64,000 nt of DNA from Syncephalis fuscata S228. Taxonomy: Eukaryota > Fungi > Zoopagomycota. The number at the start of each line of letters is the position of its first letter. Within the stretch, counting starts at the first letter, position 1. Position numbers and translations under genes: made by a program. Below, one piece after another: positions 14,767-28,957 of the stretch. The stretch covers positions 62,001-126,000 of the forward strand of contig JAHLTZ010000046.1 of the NCBI GenBank assembly GCA_025786725.1. The letters are read 5' to 3'. Under the pieces are notes generated by a model, which saw only the letters and a list, made by a program, of their open reading frames with translations, did not search any database and was not told the DNA's origin.

Positions 14767-14775
14767 ATGACTCAT
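14767..14775. promoter_or_regulatory. Gcn4/AP-1-type consensus ATGACTCAT in the 107-bp bidirectional spacer between PSMD5 and ZZZ3
   Basis: Exact match to the optimal Gcn4 site between two divergent ATGs (14704 and 14812); function is inferred. Confidence 0.35.
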
Positions 14776-14811
14776 GAATCCATCTTTCTTTTTCTATTCA
14801 ATTAATAAGCA

Positions 14812-16738
14812 ATGCCAAATAATGAACAGACTGATAACGCACAGTCGTCCTCGTCCTCTTCTGTGTTAATCGGCAATAAAGCCGATAGACAAGAGGAAGA
14901 AAATGCGACAATGAGCGTTGATTTACAGCCACAAAACACTCTATCGGCTATAACTGCTCAGGAACAGGAAATACTATTACAAAATGAAGAGTAAGTAGTT
15001 GAATACATATATGTCAGTGTAATAATGTAGCATAGTTATTTATTAGTTCATAGCGCGCTTGAAGTGTTACATGGACAGTTAAAGCAAGCAGAACGAGATC
15101 TTGAATGTTTAGTTCAATCGCGCGAACAAGCTTTTAAGGATCCAGCACAATTTGTACTCTCACTTAAAGAAAAGGTAAATATTACAGTGGTCTTTATTAA
15201 ACACAAAATAAATACTGTGGATATGATATAGAAGCGCGAATCTTTACCGATACTACAACAAATTGTATCAATACCAGCCATAGATTTGAGGAAATACGGT
15301 GGATCCACCTCACAATTACTGGATTATTTTGTAGATCCCACTAAATCATCTGAACAATTTATGGTATGACAAGTGTATTAAATAGTAATAGCGAGTATTT
15401 ATTAATAACACTTATTAGACTAATGCCCATAAAGTGTCAATGACTTCTTTCCAGAAGAAGGAGCAAGTAGCACGACCTGTTAGACCACCAGTAGAAGATG
15501 CGTCTTTATTGTCGGCGATGGTCAAACGAGCAGTTGAAGCATTACCATCGCGTGGTGTATCGCCAGAGTCATCAAGCGATGAGCAGGAATCGACAGAGGA
15601 CATATCACCGCGTAATAGCAAACGTCAACGACATAGTGTAGGCCATTCGAAATACAGTTTTGATAATGCATCTCGCTATTTACCTGCACCAACTAAATTA
15701 GAACATGAATCAAGACCACAAATAGTAGGTTTAATAAAGGCTATGGAGAGGTAGTATAGTCTAATAGATTGAGTAATTGTATAGGATGAAACGGGAACAG
15801 CACCATCTTCAGATACATTAAATGTGCCATGGACTGACGAAGAACTAGTAAGTAATACGGAACAGCATAATTAATAGATAGTAATTCAATATATGGGATT
15901 AGGAACGATTGGAACAATTACTAAAGATTATCCCCGATGAAGGAGTAGCAGCTGAACGATATCGACGTATTGCTGCAGTATTAGGCACACGCACTGATAG
16001 ACAGGTAGCAAGCATATAGTATTATATATACAATGTATATACTAATTGTTAAATAACAACAATAACAATAATAGGTGGCAAGTAGAGTACAGAGATTACT
16101 GGCTAAAGAGAATTATAGCACTGAAACACCACTTAATTTAGTTCAGTCTAATTATCGGTAAATAGTCATTATTATCATTTAAAAATGAGTAGTTTAATTA
16201 ATAAATATCAATAGAGTGACGGGTGCCATGTATTTAAATTTGGCCCCTACTGTATTAATGCCAGATCAAGTAAGTTGATTAATTGATTTAATTAACAAAG
16301 AATTATTTATTTATTATAACTAGGGATCTGTCGAGGATAAACTGCAGAGTAATGAACAATCTGTCACTGTTCACTATGGCTTTTCGGTAAGATATTTAAC
16401 AGTATATATATAGTAGTCATTTAATGCTAAATGATTATAGTGTGATGGATGTCAATTAGAACCAATTATTGGTACAAGATGGAAATGTCTTGAATGTCCT
16501 GAATCAGATCAAGTTGATCTTTGTGACACTTGTCATACATTGGGTGAATTTGAGAATGGTTAGTATACATATATTAATATATTATGTTATTAGTAATATT
16601 CTATTAGATATTCATAATGTAGATCATCGATATGAAGCATTAACTTTGCCTGAACCAGTTGATAACACAAGAATGGACACTGGTTATGAGGATACGGGCA
16701 ATGATTATGCTTATCTTGGTTTAGGCACTTCCAAATAA
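14812..16738 (+). CDS. ZZZ3: ZZZ3-like protein (coiled segment, SANT/Myb domain, ZZ finger)
   Basis: PWTDEEL/ERLEQLLKIIPDEGVAAERYRRIAAVLGTRTDRQ/VASRVQ. ZZ motif VHYGFS/CDGCQLEPIIGTRWKCLECP..DLCDTC. C-terminal DYAYL. Confidence 0.8.
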
Positions 16739-16810
16739 CATTGATAGCACTATAATTAAATAAATACTACTATCGGTAACTTCTATCTATTATCAATAAT
16801 GTATTCGTAT

Positions 16811-19547
16811 CTATTTACGAATGTCACGTAGCCGTACGGCAACAGCATTTCGATGCGCTTCTAATCCTTCAATCTCTGCTAGACGCATTACTGTATTGCC
16901 AAGTCGGCCAGTCCTTCGGCAGTCAAGTGCTGAGAAGTAATATACTTGAGGAACGTATCGGTATTGACGCCGGAATACATACGAGCATAGCCATAAGTGG
17001 GCAATGTATGATTAGTACCTGAGGCATAATCACCACAACTAATTATATATACATATATGGTTAATAAAGCAGTTATTAGCAATAGTAGTCGTGATGCTTA
17101 CCTTTCAGGTGAATAGTGGCCAACAAATACAGAACCGGCATTAAATACTGAATCTAGGTGGCGATCGGCCTCTTCCATGTGCAAAATAAGATGTTCTGGT
17201 GCATAGGCATTGAAAAAGCAAATGCTTCTTCTACAGTGGCCACTGAGAGAATAAAGCTTTTGGGGATGGATTGCCATACAATAGCGCGACGTGGAAGACG
17301 GTGAGCTTGTGTATAGAGTTCGTGTTCAACAGCAGCAATTTGATCCGGTGTAGGTGCTACCATCACTAATACAACTTGACTATCGGGACCGTGTTCCGCT
17401 TGAGAAAGTAAATCCGCCACCACATAGGCTGGATTAGCCGTGGCATCAGCAATAACCAATAGTTCTGATGGACCAGCTGGCATATCAATTGACACCATAG
17501 CACTACTATCATTCTAATAGATATTTGTCCATTAGCATTGATAAACTAGATAAATAGTATTGCCATTTTGCACTTACTTGAGCTATCATTTTGGCCGCCG
17601 TGACAAATTGATTACCGGGTCCACATATTTTATCAACTTTTGGTACTGATGCTGTACCGTAGGCAAGTGCAGCTACTGCTTGGGCACCACCGGCTAGCAC
17701 TACTGCTTCGGCACCTACTTTATGTGCTACATATAGTACTTCAGGTACACAGGTGCCATCTTTGCGTGGTGGACTAGCAATAATGATCTGATGACAGCCA
17801 GCCACCTTTGCCGGTATACCTAGCATAAGAGCCGTGGAAGGAAGTACAGCAGTGCCGCCTGGTACATAAAGACCAACACGTTCAATAGGACGAGCAAAAC
17901 GAGAACATACAACACCCGGCGCTGTTTCCACGCTAAGAACAGGATCGCTATGTAGTTGAGCTTCGTGGAATTTGTAAATATTGTTATAAGCATCATCAAT
18001 GGCTGCACGTGTTTCTGGATCAAGCTGCATTAATTCCTCGGCAAATGGCGCTTTAATAACTACCGAGTCTAGTTCGGCACCATCAAACTTTTTTGTAAGT
18101 TCAACGATAGCTGCATCACCTTGCTTGCGAACACTATCCATAATTGGTTTTACTTTAGCAATAATATCGTCGGAAGAAGTAATTGGACGTTGTAATAGTG
18201 CACTACGCTGTACGGCATCCATATTGGCATAGACCAGTTTTTGCATCGATAAACTAGTAAATGTTTCTTCTGGTTTAGACACTACTTGTGTTATATATGC
18301 CGGCTTGGCATTGCCAGGTCGACGTGTAACTTTCTGCGAACGTGCATCAAGCTGCTGTTCAACATCATGGAGTGATACACCCGATGCTACACATCTAGTT
18401 AGTGCAAAGTAAATAAGATCGGCCGCTTCCCATGCAATGTCTTTGGGTGTTGTGGCATCACACAATTCGTCGGCCTCTTCTTTAATCTTGGCTGTTAATA
18501 AATTGACATCATCGAATAATCGTCGGGTGTATGAACCAGCAGGTGCATTTTCACGGCGTGACTGTAATACTGCTTCCAATGCAGATAATCCACTTAATTT
18601 GCCAAAACATGTTTGGGTGCCCAAATGACAAAATCCTACAACAACATGAATAATAATATATACTAATTACAAATAATAATAATTACCATGGCCCGTTTGT
18701 TCTACAATAAATTGAATAGCGTCTCTATCGCAGTCAACCTTGATCTGAATCAGCTTTTGTGTATCGCCTGATGTAGCTCCTTTGTGCCATAGGCCACGTT
18801 TACGTGATTGATAAACACCCTGGCCTACACTAATGCTTCTTGAATACTTTCCTCGGACGAGTAGACAAGTCCAAGTGAATTGCCACGAATATCAGTTACC
18901 ACTGTGGGCACAAGACCATCTTGTCGATCACTTTGAAGAGTAGACCATAGGGCCTTGCCCACGCTCAAATGGCCATCTTGATCTGCAGTTGAAAGTACAG
19001 TTGTTGGGAGCAAAACATCAATGTTTTGTATGTCGAGTTGAGCAATAGTGGATGCTATATCGGCAATAGGAGCATCGACCAGTTTAACAGCTACCTTTGT
19101 TGTAGTTGACCATGGCTTAACTGCTTCAACTAGTTGTGGAAGCTGGTCTACTGATATGTCAAGCAGTACACTGCCTACTAGTGCAATCCACGGTGTTACT
19201 GTGCTGATTTGTGATTTGGTCAAATCAAGATAAATGCCCATACGGTCACGGCCTACATGCTCAGGTAGCTGGGCCAACAGCTCTTTGGCAGGCTGTTCAT
19301 TACTCGACACGCTAAGCAATACGCGTTCCCAGCCACGATCCAAACGCGGAATAACACATTCCTCAACGGCATTCCCGCCGTATATGCTTTCGGGCAGCAG
19401 GAACCACGCTTGCTCATTGGGTGGTAGCTGGTTTAAGGGAAGGTCTACTGTGGTGCCCGATATCAGTACACGTCCCACTTGGGTGCATACACGCCACAAA
19501 AGGTCATTTTGCACCGATAGATTCTGGTCGCTACTGGCAATAAGCAT
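16811..19547 (-). CDS. HIS4: Trifunctional histidine biosynthesis protein (PR-AMP cyclohydrolase, PR-ATP pyrophosphohydrolase, histidinol dehydrogenase); three apparent 1-nt deletions
   Basis: [83 protein letters not shown]. Frame breaks near 18831, 17211 and 16900. Confidence 0.95.
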
Positions 19548-19887
19548 ATTGTCCGAATACAGTCCACTATTGGGATAACGACAAAAAAGTTGGATGGATA
19601 TATTTGAGAATAAGCGGGCTCTGCAAGAGAGATGGGATCCGCATGTGAGTACGTAAAAGATCGATAATCAAAGTCAGTCACAAAAATAATGATACGGTCG
19701 TCGATTTGGTAGTTTTTGCCGTTTAGCAGTTTTCTTTTACCGGCTCGGTTCCGGCATGCCCGATCGGAAGAAGAGAGAGGAGAGACGTCATTTGAAGTGT
19801 TTAAAAGCCGCGAGCAATTGGTCCGCGTCCCATAGTGGCACCACTTATACTTGTTCTTCTTTATTCAGATCAACGTGAAAATACGCC

Positions 19888-21216
<1,329 letters not shown>

Positions 21217-21418
21217 ATCAAATTAATAATTGCACACCTTTGATAAGACATATAAATAACTATGTTTTAATAATAAAGATGACAAGATGAATTATAATTA
21301 AATGAGCCAATGTTATTTATGTGTGATGTATTTAATAAATATACTTTTTAAAATATGCATTTGTTATTTGAATAGTAATGCACTAAATAATGAACATATT
21401 TATTTACACAATCATTGC

Positions 21419-22267
21419 TTATTTTATAAGACAGGTTGCATCTGCCGTTTCCTCGGTGCATTTTATAAGTACAGTTTCTACCTTATTGGATGTTATTTTG
21501 CCGGCGGTTGCACCCGCAAATGCACTGCCGGGACCTAGCACCGGGGCGGTAACAGCCGTGACAGTGGTACCCACGGCAGTACCAGCAGCATTGCCAAGTT
21601 TATCGGCGTTGTTGCGAATAGCACCACGAGTTGTATTTAAAGCAACTTTAGTAAGGTCTACTAATGTAAAATTGAAGTTTGTTTGTGAAGCGTTGTTGAC
21701 GGTATTATCTGAAGGGACCGAGGCAATAATCGCTTGATTGGCAGAACCAGCTGGTGCTTGACCAGCAGGTGTCGAAGATGCTTGTGGCTTATTGTCAGAA
21801 GGGATTGAAGCAAAGCTTGCTTGAGTGGAAGAACCGACTGGCACTTGAACGACAGGTGTCGAAGATGCTTGTTGATTATTAGCAGGTGATGGTAAAACAA
21901 GATTTGGTTGATTGGAAGAGCCAGCTGGTGGTTGAACGACAGGTGCCGAGGATGTTTGTTGCTTATTATCAGAAATAATTGAAACAAAGTTTGCTTGAGT
22001 GGAATAGCTAGCTGGAACTTGGATAATAGGTACTGGCGACTCTTGTGGCTTATTGTCTCCGACTATGGTGCCCCATTGACTAAAGCCAAAGTTGGGTGCA
22101 TCGTTGAGCTTTGTAAATAAATATTTATTACCGTTAGGAAAATTTAAAATTCCATAATCAGGAAGTGTTACAACTATTGGCGCAGCATCAACAGTTGAGG
22201 TGTAACCAATAAGGTTAGTTATTTGGACTAAGATGGCTGCGGCGGTAATGAAAAAAAAAGAATGCAT
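21419..22267 (-). CDS. Secreted protein A: signal peptide, about 29-aa S/Q/P-rich tandem repeats, glycine-zipper hairpin, C-terminal Cys pair
   Basis: MHSFFFITAAAILVQITNLIG signal. Repeats of the type SSTQA.F.SI.SDNKPQ.SS.P..Q.PAG. GNAAGTAVG..LGPG..AGATAG. Paralog of 33129-33764. Confidence 0.75.
   Translation of the reverse strand: MHSFFFITAAAILVQITNLIGYTSTVDAAPIVVTLPDYGILNFPNGNKYLFTKLNDAPNFGFSQWGTIVGDNKPQESPVPIIQVPASYSTQANFVSIISDNKQQTSSAPVVQPPAGSSNQPNLVLPSPANNQQASSTPVVQVPVGSSTQASFASIPSDNKPQASSTPAGQAPAGSANQAIIASVPSDNTVNNASQTNFNFTLVDLTKVALNTTRGAIRNNADKLGNAAGTAVGTTVTAVTAPVLGPGSAFAGATAGKITSNKVETVLIKCTEETADATCLIK
21705..22075 (-). repeat. About 87-bp coding tandem repeat (about 4 units) in secreted protein A
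   Basis: Recurring blocks such as gaacgacaggtg..ga.gatg and tgtggcttattgtc at about 87-nt spacing. Confidence 0.75.
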
Positions 22268-24379
22268 TTTGATAATATAAAGCGCAATGCCCAAATATTA
22301 CAAGTAATAGTATTAATCAAAAATAGCTTTGATAAATATATAGAGTAGCGAAATGGCTATTTGTAAATTTGATGCGCAAAAATGATGAAATAAAGATTGT
22401 AAGTAGCTGGCTGTATGATGAAATAAAAGTGTAAAGTAACTTGTTGTATTAAATCTTTTGTGTTTAAGCGGCTTGTATTTAAATTCATAGTTTTATGGCT
22501 GCATGCTATTTTAATATGGCTCATGTTCTAATTTTGTATTCATGACTGCAAAGGCTAGTGGCTAGGATTTTTCTTTGTTTTATAAATAACGCATTAAGTT
22601 AAACCGGAATTCATTGCGTGCAACACACCACATGATTTATACTTTGTGCATTGTTGGCCGATAAGCTCTTTGTACACGCTCAGCTGCTTGTTTGTCAAGT
22701 AGGATATTTTTAAACATTACTATGAGTATATTATGTTACTTATGATATCAACATGTTCTTTGTACTATGACGATTTCCCTAAAAAGAATTAGCGAGATAA
22801 TTAAACAAAACCCAATTTGCAGTTATCTATAGTTTTAACTACTTTTGTTATGTAAATAACTACCTTAATTAGCACTTGATCAATTAAATTAAATAAATAA
22901 AGTTTAATACGCTAACTGATTACCTGATTTGTATTACAATAGTATATATAATGCTTATTTACTAGTCATTTAATATGATTTGAAAATCAATAACAACATT
23001 TAATAACACTCAAGCAATCAAACTACACATTTTTTCTATTGAACATGGAAGTGGGTGGTGAGCATCATTAGTTGTCAAAATATGCATTATCATAGATTTT
23101 TTATTATTATCATTATCCACTACCCATCCATACCATTCTCATTGTATAGTAGCCACTCTTTATATAAACTATCTTTAGTTTGCCCCTGGTTCTACTCGTT
23201 ATAAATCTCGACTTTTCTCTTTTTATGCTGTTATACATATTATAATATCAACACCGCTGTTTGTTTTTTGTCATTATATGTCCTTTTTATTGTATAGCGT
23301 TTTATTATATAGTAGTCGTGTTCTACTTGTAGCTGCTATTCTTTTGTTTCTAGTTTTATTTTTTGTAAGTTTTAATTCATTTCAACTCATCCATTTCTTG
23401 CACCATATACATTATAGCTATAATGTTGTTGCTCACTCACTCCCGCTGCTTTATTTTATCTTTCACCATTATAGTCTCTAATAACTACGCGCTATTATAA
23501 AATCCATACAGTTGCTGTCGTTTTATTTGTTCAAAAGTCCGAATTACCTTGATTCTTTTGTTCATTACCATGCATACACGCACATAATACTTTCTCATTG
23601 TTGTTCATGGTGCCTTCATTATTTGATGATGCTAATATATTGTCTATTGCAAAATATTTATGTATTACTTTTACAGCTGTATAAGCACAATGAATAAATA
23701 CAGAGAAATCAATAATAGGATTATCAACAGTGCTGGCCATGCTGTGGTGTAATCATCAGTATATACAACATAATGATAATTAATTAATCACAATTGTTAC
23801 GATGTATGTTAGCTCCGTTTAAATATAAACAGTAAATAATAAACCATTTAGATTGACTATAATTGCTATATTTAACACAACTAGTGTTTATTTAAAAGTG
23901 TGCTTGTCCAGTGGATATTAGTGTGCATTATTGCTATTTGGATAGTAAAATGTCAGCAATCACATAGTGTACGCTAATGAGCTATTAACATAATTCATTA
24001 GCTATATCATGTACAATCTAAAATGAGCTGCATTGTTGCTTAATTATGATACTGCACAAACATTCTTCCGTCATTTCCCAACAACACTATGTGCAATTAT
24101 ATACCGCCAATGCTGTTGTATGCTTGTTTCGTTATTCGTATATGAGGCTTGCTTGTCTTAATGACCTATACTTTTTGCCTGCGACTGTATCTGCGTTTGT
24201 TTTTATATTTTGCTAGTGCGGTATTAATGTTTGTTTTACACGTATTAGTATACTATATTATACACCAATGGCTCAAACGCCAGTACAGTTGAGCTTCGGC
24301 GGACGTTGTCGTTGCGCCACAGGGCCAGCAATGGATATTCGTGGCAACAACACATAAACCACACGCGTTATTTGAACCA

Positions 24380-24506
24380 ACCAACTTTACAAGTGAGCTG
24401 GTGAGCCCAGACACCATACGAAGCCGAATTGTCTTCAGTCTTGCAGTATCCACAGTTAGAAATATTATCGCCAGTCGGCGTGACCATTGATTCTTCTATG
24501 GACATT
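24380..24506 (-). pseudogene. Truncated ATE1 5' fragment (exon 1 only)
   Basis: Identical to 36824-36949 (MSIEESMVTPTGDNISNCGYCK..TCK); identity stops at the intron-1 donor. Confidence 0.85.
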
Positions 24507-24682
24507 GCAACGTTTCGGCAGTGAAATACTGTAAGACGATAGACAGAAAGGATGTGTACAAGTTGAATAACGAGTTAAAGTGGCAGTGACAGCAATGGCA
24601 ATGACAACGATCACTGGTTACATCAATAATTAATTAATTAACTATGGCTGGCCATTAATGTTCAATACTTTTTGATCCATGA

Positions 24683-26704
24683 TTAGTGAAAATACCAACG
24701 TAGCATACGTGGCCATGTATTTTGAAAAATCAATTGGAGTATTTCGTAACGAGCTAGTTCAAAGTCCTTAAGCGTTAATCGATTTTGTCGATAAGCATTT
24801 GTCAGGTCCCTGCGACATTCAAATGTAATATTGATTTCATTGCGTGATGACGGACTGATAAAGTCCTCATAAATTAAATTAATTTCTCTATCTAATATAT
24901 CTTTTGTTTTTGCACTCATTGGTGGCCTTGTTGCTTCGTGTTCTTCTAATATTTCGTCAATTGAGCTAATCGAGCCACTGTGAGTATTGGCAGCAGATAA
25001 TGAAGGTCTAACCGGATGGCTCGTGTTGTCACGAGGTGATAAGCTATTTTGAATAGATACTTTTGATAATTTAGTAAATGGCTGGCAATTAGCAATAAAC
25101 ATACCTTGCTGTAAGGGTCTACCGTGATTTCTATATATTGGATGATGCATAAGTGTACTGTAATAAGGTCTGTAACTTTCGTCACGGTTATGAATCAACG
25201 TTTGATCCAGAAAGCGCAATCTTCGCAAAAACGACAAATTTTCATTTGTAAAATCACGAATGGAATACTGATGCAGCTGAACATTTATTAGATTCAATTA
25301 AATAAAGTATGAGTACAATAATTGACTTACTGCTAGTTGTATTTCCCTATAATCTATTGTCTCCATAAACACTTCAAAGTCACTAATGTCGCCTGAGGTT
25401 CTATTCGACACTATATTTTCTACCGTTTTTTTAGCTTGATGTTGTTGTTTACGTAAAATACGCCGTTCATAATACAAATATCCCATTGGCCAGGTAAAGG
25501 ACATTATATGACTAAAGAATAGCAATATTTCAAGCAATATTTCTGCAGGAAATGCTCTACGAGCTTTAATCCAGGCAGGACTATCGATATAGCGAATCAG
25601 AAAAAATGAAATTATACAAAGCATTCCTATTAAATATTGAAAAATAAATTCGTTGCGGATACCATAGGCATCTGTTACATTCCACATAATAATTCCAATA
25701 GCGGGAAAAATAACACCAAAAAAGCCGCCAAATCCAACGTTGATCAGCTTAAATGACCAGTTAGCAGAGCATATGGGCAGCTGTGGATATGTTTTGCTCG
25801 AATAAACAGGATCTAATAAAATAACCATAACAACAGTAATGGCAGTGAAAAATGTAATAACAAAAACTACATATACATGATATCGCGGTTCCAAGATTTG
25901 GATTTTTGCTATGTATTTTACAAAACGCTGAAATGGTGTAATTTTATCTTGCCACGCCAATTTCGATGGTCTTATGTTTCCATTTTGTGACTTATGGCGT
26001 CCAAGTAAAACGTCCCACCAAGGCCTACGTGGTCTAGGCCCTATTGTATTGGATAAAGGCAAAATCTCAATGGCCGTACTTGGAACTGGTAACTCAGTAT
26101 CATCACGAAACATTCTGGGTAATGCCAAAGGTGAATTATCTGTTTGTTTTGTGCAAATATTGCCAGCCTTTACAGTGCAGTTTCCAACTCCAAACCATGT
26201 TGCCCGTCTAGCATGTCGTCTTGCACGTGTGGCTAATTGCTCATCTGCTGATGTAGGTAGCGGTAACAGTTCTGGATTATATTCTCTCAATGCATCTAGT
26301 GAGCTGCGTCGAATTTCAGTTCTTTTTATTTGTTCTTTTTCAAATAGGCGTCGATTGATTTCATAAAGCCACATCACTCGCCAAAATTTAAGACCCTGGC
26401 TTGTTGCCCAAAGAGCCAGCCCAACAGATAGAATAGAAAAATATATTTTACATGTATAAATATTACGATTCTGTATTGCAACAAATGTATTAGTTGCAAG
26501 CATAGCGCTGCCTAGTACATGGATAACAGCCAGAAATCTACCGCGATAACGTATTGCTTGTTCTTTTCGGGATAAAATTAAAAAAATGAGCAAATCTATA
26601 ATAAATATTGCATTGATCACTCCACATAGAGTATAAAAAAGTGGTGCATTGTCAAAGAACGTCCCAAAACTCGCTTGGGGAATTAATCCCACAGTTGTAC
26701 TCAT
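24683..26704 (-). CDS. 7TM-RGS protein copy 1 (GprK/AtRGS1-type architecture); intron 25277-25330
   Basis: Seven TMs with IRYRG, TM3 Cys and DAYGIRNE. Removing a 54-nt GTAAGT..CAG intron joins the two track ORFs into an RGS box (RDFTNENLSFL..IYEDFISPSSRNEINI..FELARYEILQLIFQNTWPR). Confidence 0.85.
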
Positions 26705-28859
26705 AAAAACTGATTAATTAATTAAATGACAAGAAGAAAGGTATTAAACATTACGTTGTTATTGCATCCAAGTAATATTGTTTATTTTGAATAACACATA
26801 AACATTTGTTGACAACAGTTCACCCTGAAGTGCGTAAATATGCTGCCCCAGACCGAATTACTATTTAAAAAGTTTAAGAATCAATTATATGCCCTTTCAT
26901 AGTTGAGTCGTCAGACCTTGCAAAACGTTAACTATATTGCACTAAAATATGCTGTTATGGCTGCTACCTCTTTCATTAATCGGAGTTATACTAGTAAACA
27001 TTGACTGAAATATTGTTTAATTATGGTGTATTTGTCGTCCTAATAATTAAACTAGTAGCTATCATTTATTTCAACAGGCATTGCGTATGTTACCGGCCAT
27101 ATATATAGTCCATTTATTATTATCTTTTTTAATGCTTTACTATTTAAAATAGTTTGTTATACGCATATTATAAAACAACAATCCACACTTTTAATTAGCT
27201 AATTATTATATATTTAATATTCAATTTACATATATTCTCTATTCATCCATGTCATTCCTCATTACATACTCATGATGTTAATAAAAGTTGTCTATTTATT
27301 ACTAATTTATATCAATTTATTTTTGCTCATTTTTTGTCTTAACGCACTATAGCTTAATAATCGATTTTTGCATACTTTTATTTGCTTAACCATAATGTTT
27401 TATATTATTATCTACTTTAGCAATGCGTTATTTAGCATGAAATAATGTGTTCTTTTTAGCGCTAGCATACATACCTTTATACACTAAATTTTTAACTGCA
27501 TGTAGTTTTATATTCAGATATTATTTTCTAATACATTTGTTGTTATTGTTTTATTAAATAAACAAAATAAAAGCATTTTTTTACAAAATTTTAAATATTC
27601 TGTTTAAGTAGTGCATAATTGGTGGTATCTGATATCCAGCCTGTACTAATATTACACCATTTTGCTTTCTATCTTCTTTGTTTCTTTGTTCTTCATTACA
27701 CCCCATATCAAGCTACTATATAGATTGCCCTTTTTTGTACATTGTTCGGTTCCCTTGAATTGCATTTGCATATCTTGACGGCATTTCACTCCTTTGTTCC
27801 TATTGTGCCACCATGCTTTAGTCTACTTTCGGTATTAGTCACCTCGTCCACATTGCCGTTTTTTTGTAAAAAAATACTTATAATATTCGATATTTTTAAT
27901 AAATAATTATACTTTTTTAACAAGCTATTAACAGATTCAATAGTAATAATAACATTACAGCATGTAGTCCATTGACAAGCAAAACAAGAATATGTAATAG
28001 CAGTCTAGATTTTATTTTTAAATAAGTTGGAACAATAGTGTCAAATATATGTTCTATCTATAAATAAACCAGAACAATGCCATACAATCTGTATTCTATT
28101 TATAACTAATCAGAACAATGTTCATAGAGCTTCAATATGCATACATAGGCATGTTGCTATCTCACTATAAATAAAGTAAATTAGTTACAATTATCCACGT
28201 TTCTATATTCAAATCTACCATTTTTGTTTGACTATTAAATAACAGTTTTTGTGAACTTCATTTTAGTCAAACATATCTTCAAAACGTTAGCTGCAAACGC
28301 TTTTGCAAAAATTCTGATATTGTGCTGTATCTATATCGTTATATGGATGTGTTACATATTATGACCTTTTCTAGAAACTATAGGCCAGTTTATCAAACAA
28401 TATCTACCTATTTTCGTTTCTTGAAACAAAAGTATATGGATAACTTTTGTTTGGGAGATTCAGGCAAGCAAGAGTGGATGAGATGGTTTATGTGGTACAT
28501 TAATTTTATAACAAAATCAGGCAAGTAATACTAATTAATATTAATTACTATAATAATAATTCACTAATATTATTAAAAACAGTAGATGTAAATGCAATAA
28601 AAAAGCTAAACACTAAAAAGGGCTTAAAGTTTATTCTGCCTTTGGTGGGGCTTCTACAAGCTCATTGGTTTCTACACCTTCAAAGGAACGAGACATTTGC
28701 GGTCGACATGCCATTGTTGTATGGCCGTATACTGGGAGAATGCGTCCCAGCCTTATTTATCTAGGTGGCAATGTCGAAGCCAGCCTAGAAAGAAGACCGG
28801 AGCTGATGGCCATCCACAAGAATTGGCTAATCCTAATATAGCCTATAAACGACAAATCA

Positions 28860-28957
28860 TATTTTAGATGGAATCACTATTTGATGTCATAAATTACAGT
28901 CAATTGATATAGTTGATTGCAATTATGACATCAAATAGTGATTCCATTTTAAAAATA
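28860..28957. repeat. Long inverted repeat / hairpin with perfect 25-bp arms
   Basis: 28868-28892 ATGGAATCACTATTTGATGTCATAA is the exact reverse complement of 28923-28947; the inner 30 nt pair further if G-U is allowed. Confidence 0.9.

Larger units (their letters stand above)
24380..27204 (-). repeat. Inverted segmental duplication (about 2.8 kb) of about 34128-36949: promoter, 7TM-RGS gene, spacer and ATE1 exon 1
   Basis: Reverse complement is near-identical, including about 500 bp of upstream non-coding DNA and the downstream spacer. Confidence 0.9.

Noticed and set aside
8574-19547. TRP2 and HIS4 proximity as an amino-acid biosynthesis cluster
   Set aside because: Separated by unrelated housekeeping genes, with no shared motif evident.
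21419-21433. C-terminal CLIK as a CaaX prenylation motif
   Set aside because: Lys at X is atypical and the protein has a signal peptide; a disulfide with the upstream Cys is simpler.
25974-26366. 130-aa antisense ORF conserved in all three receptor copies
   Set aside because: Conservation simply reflects nucleotide identity of the duplicated sense CDS.
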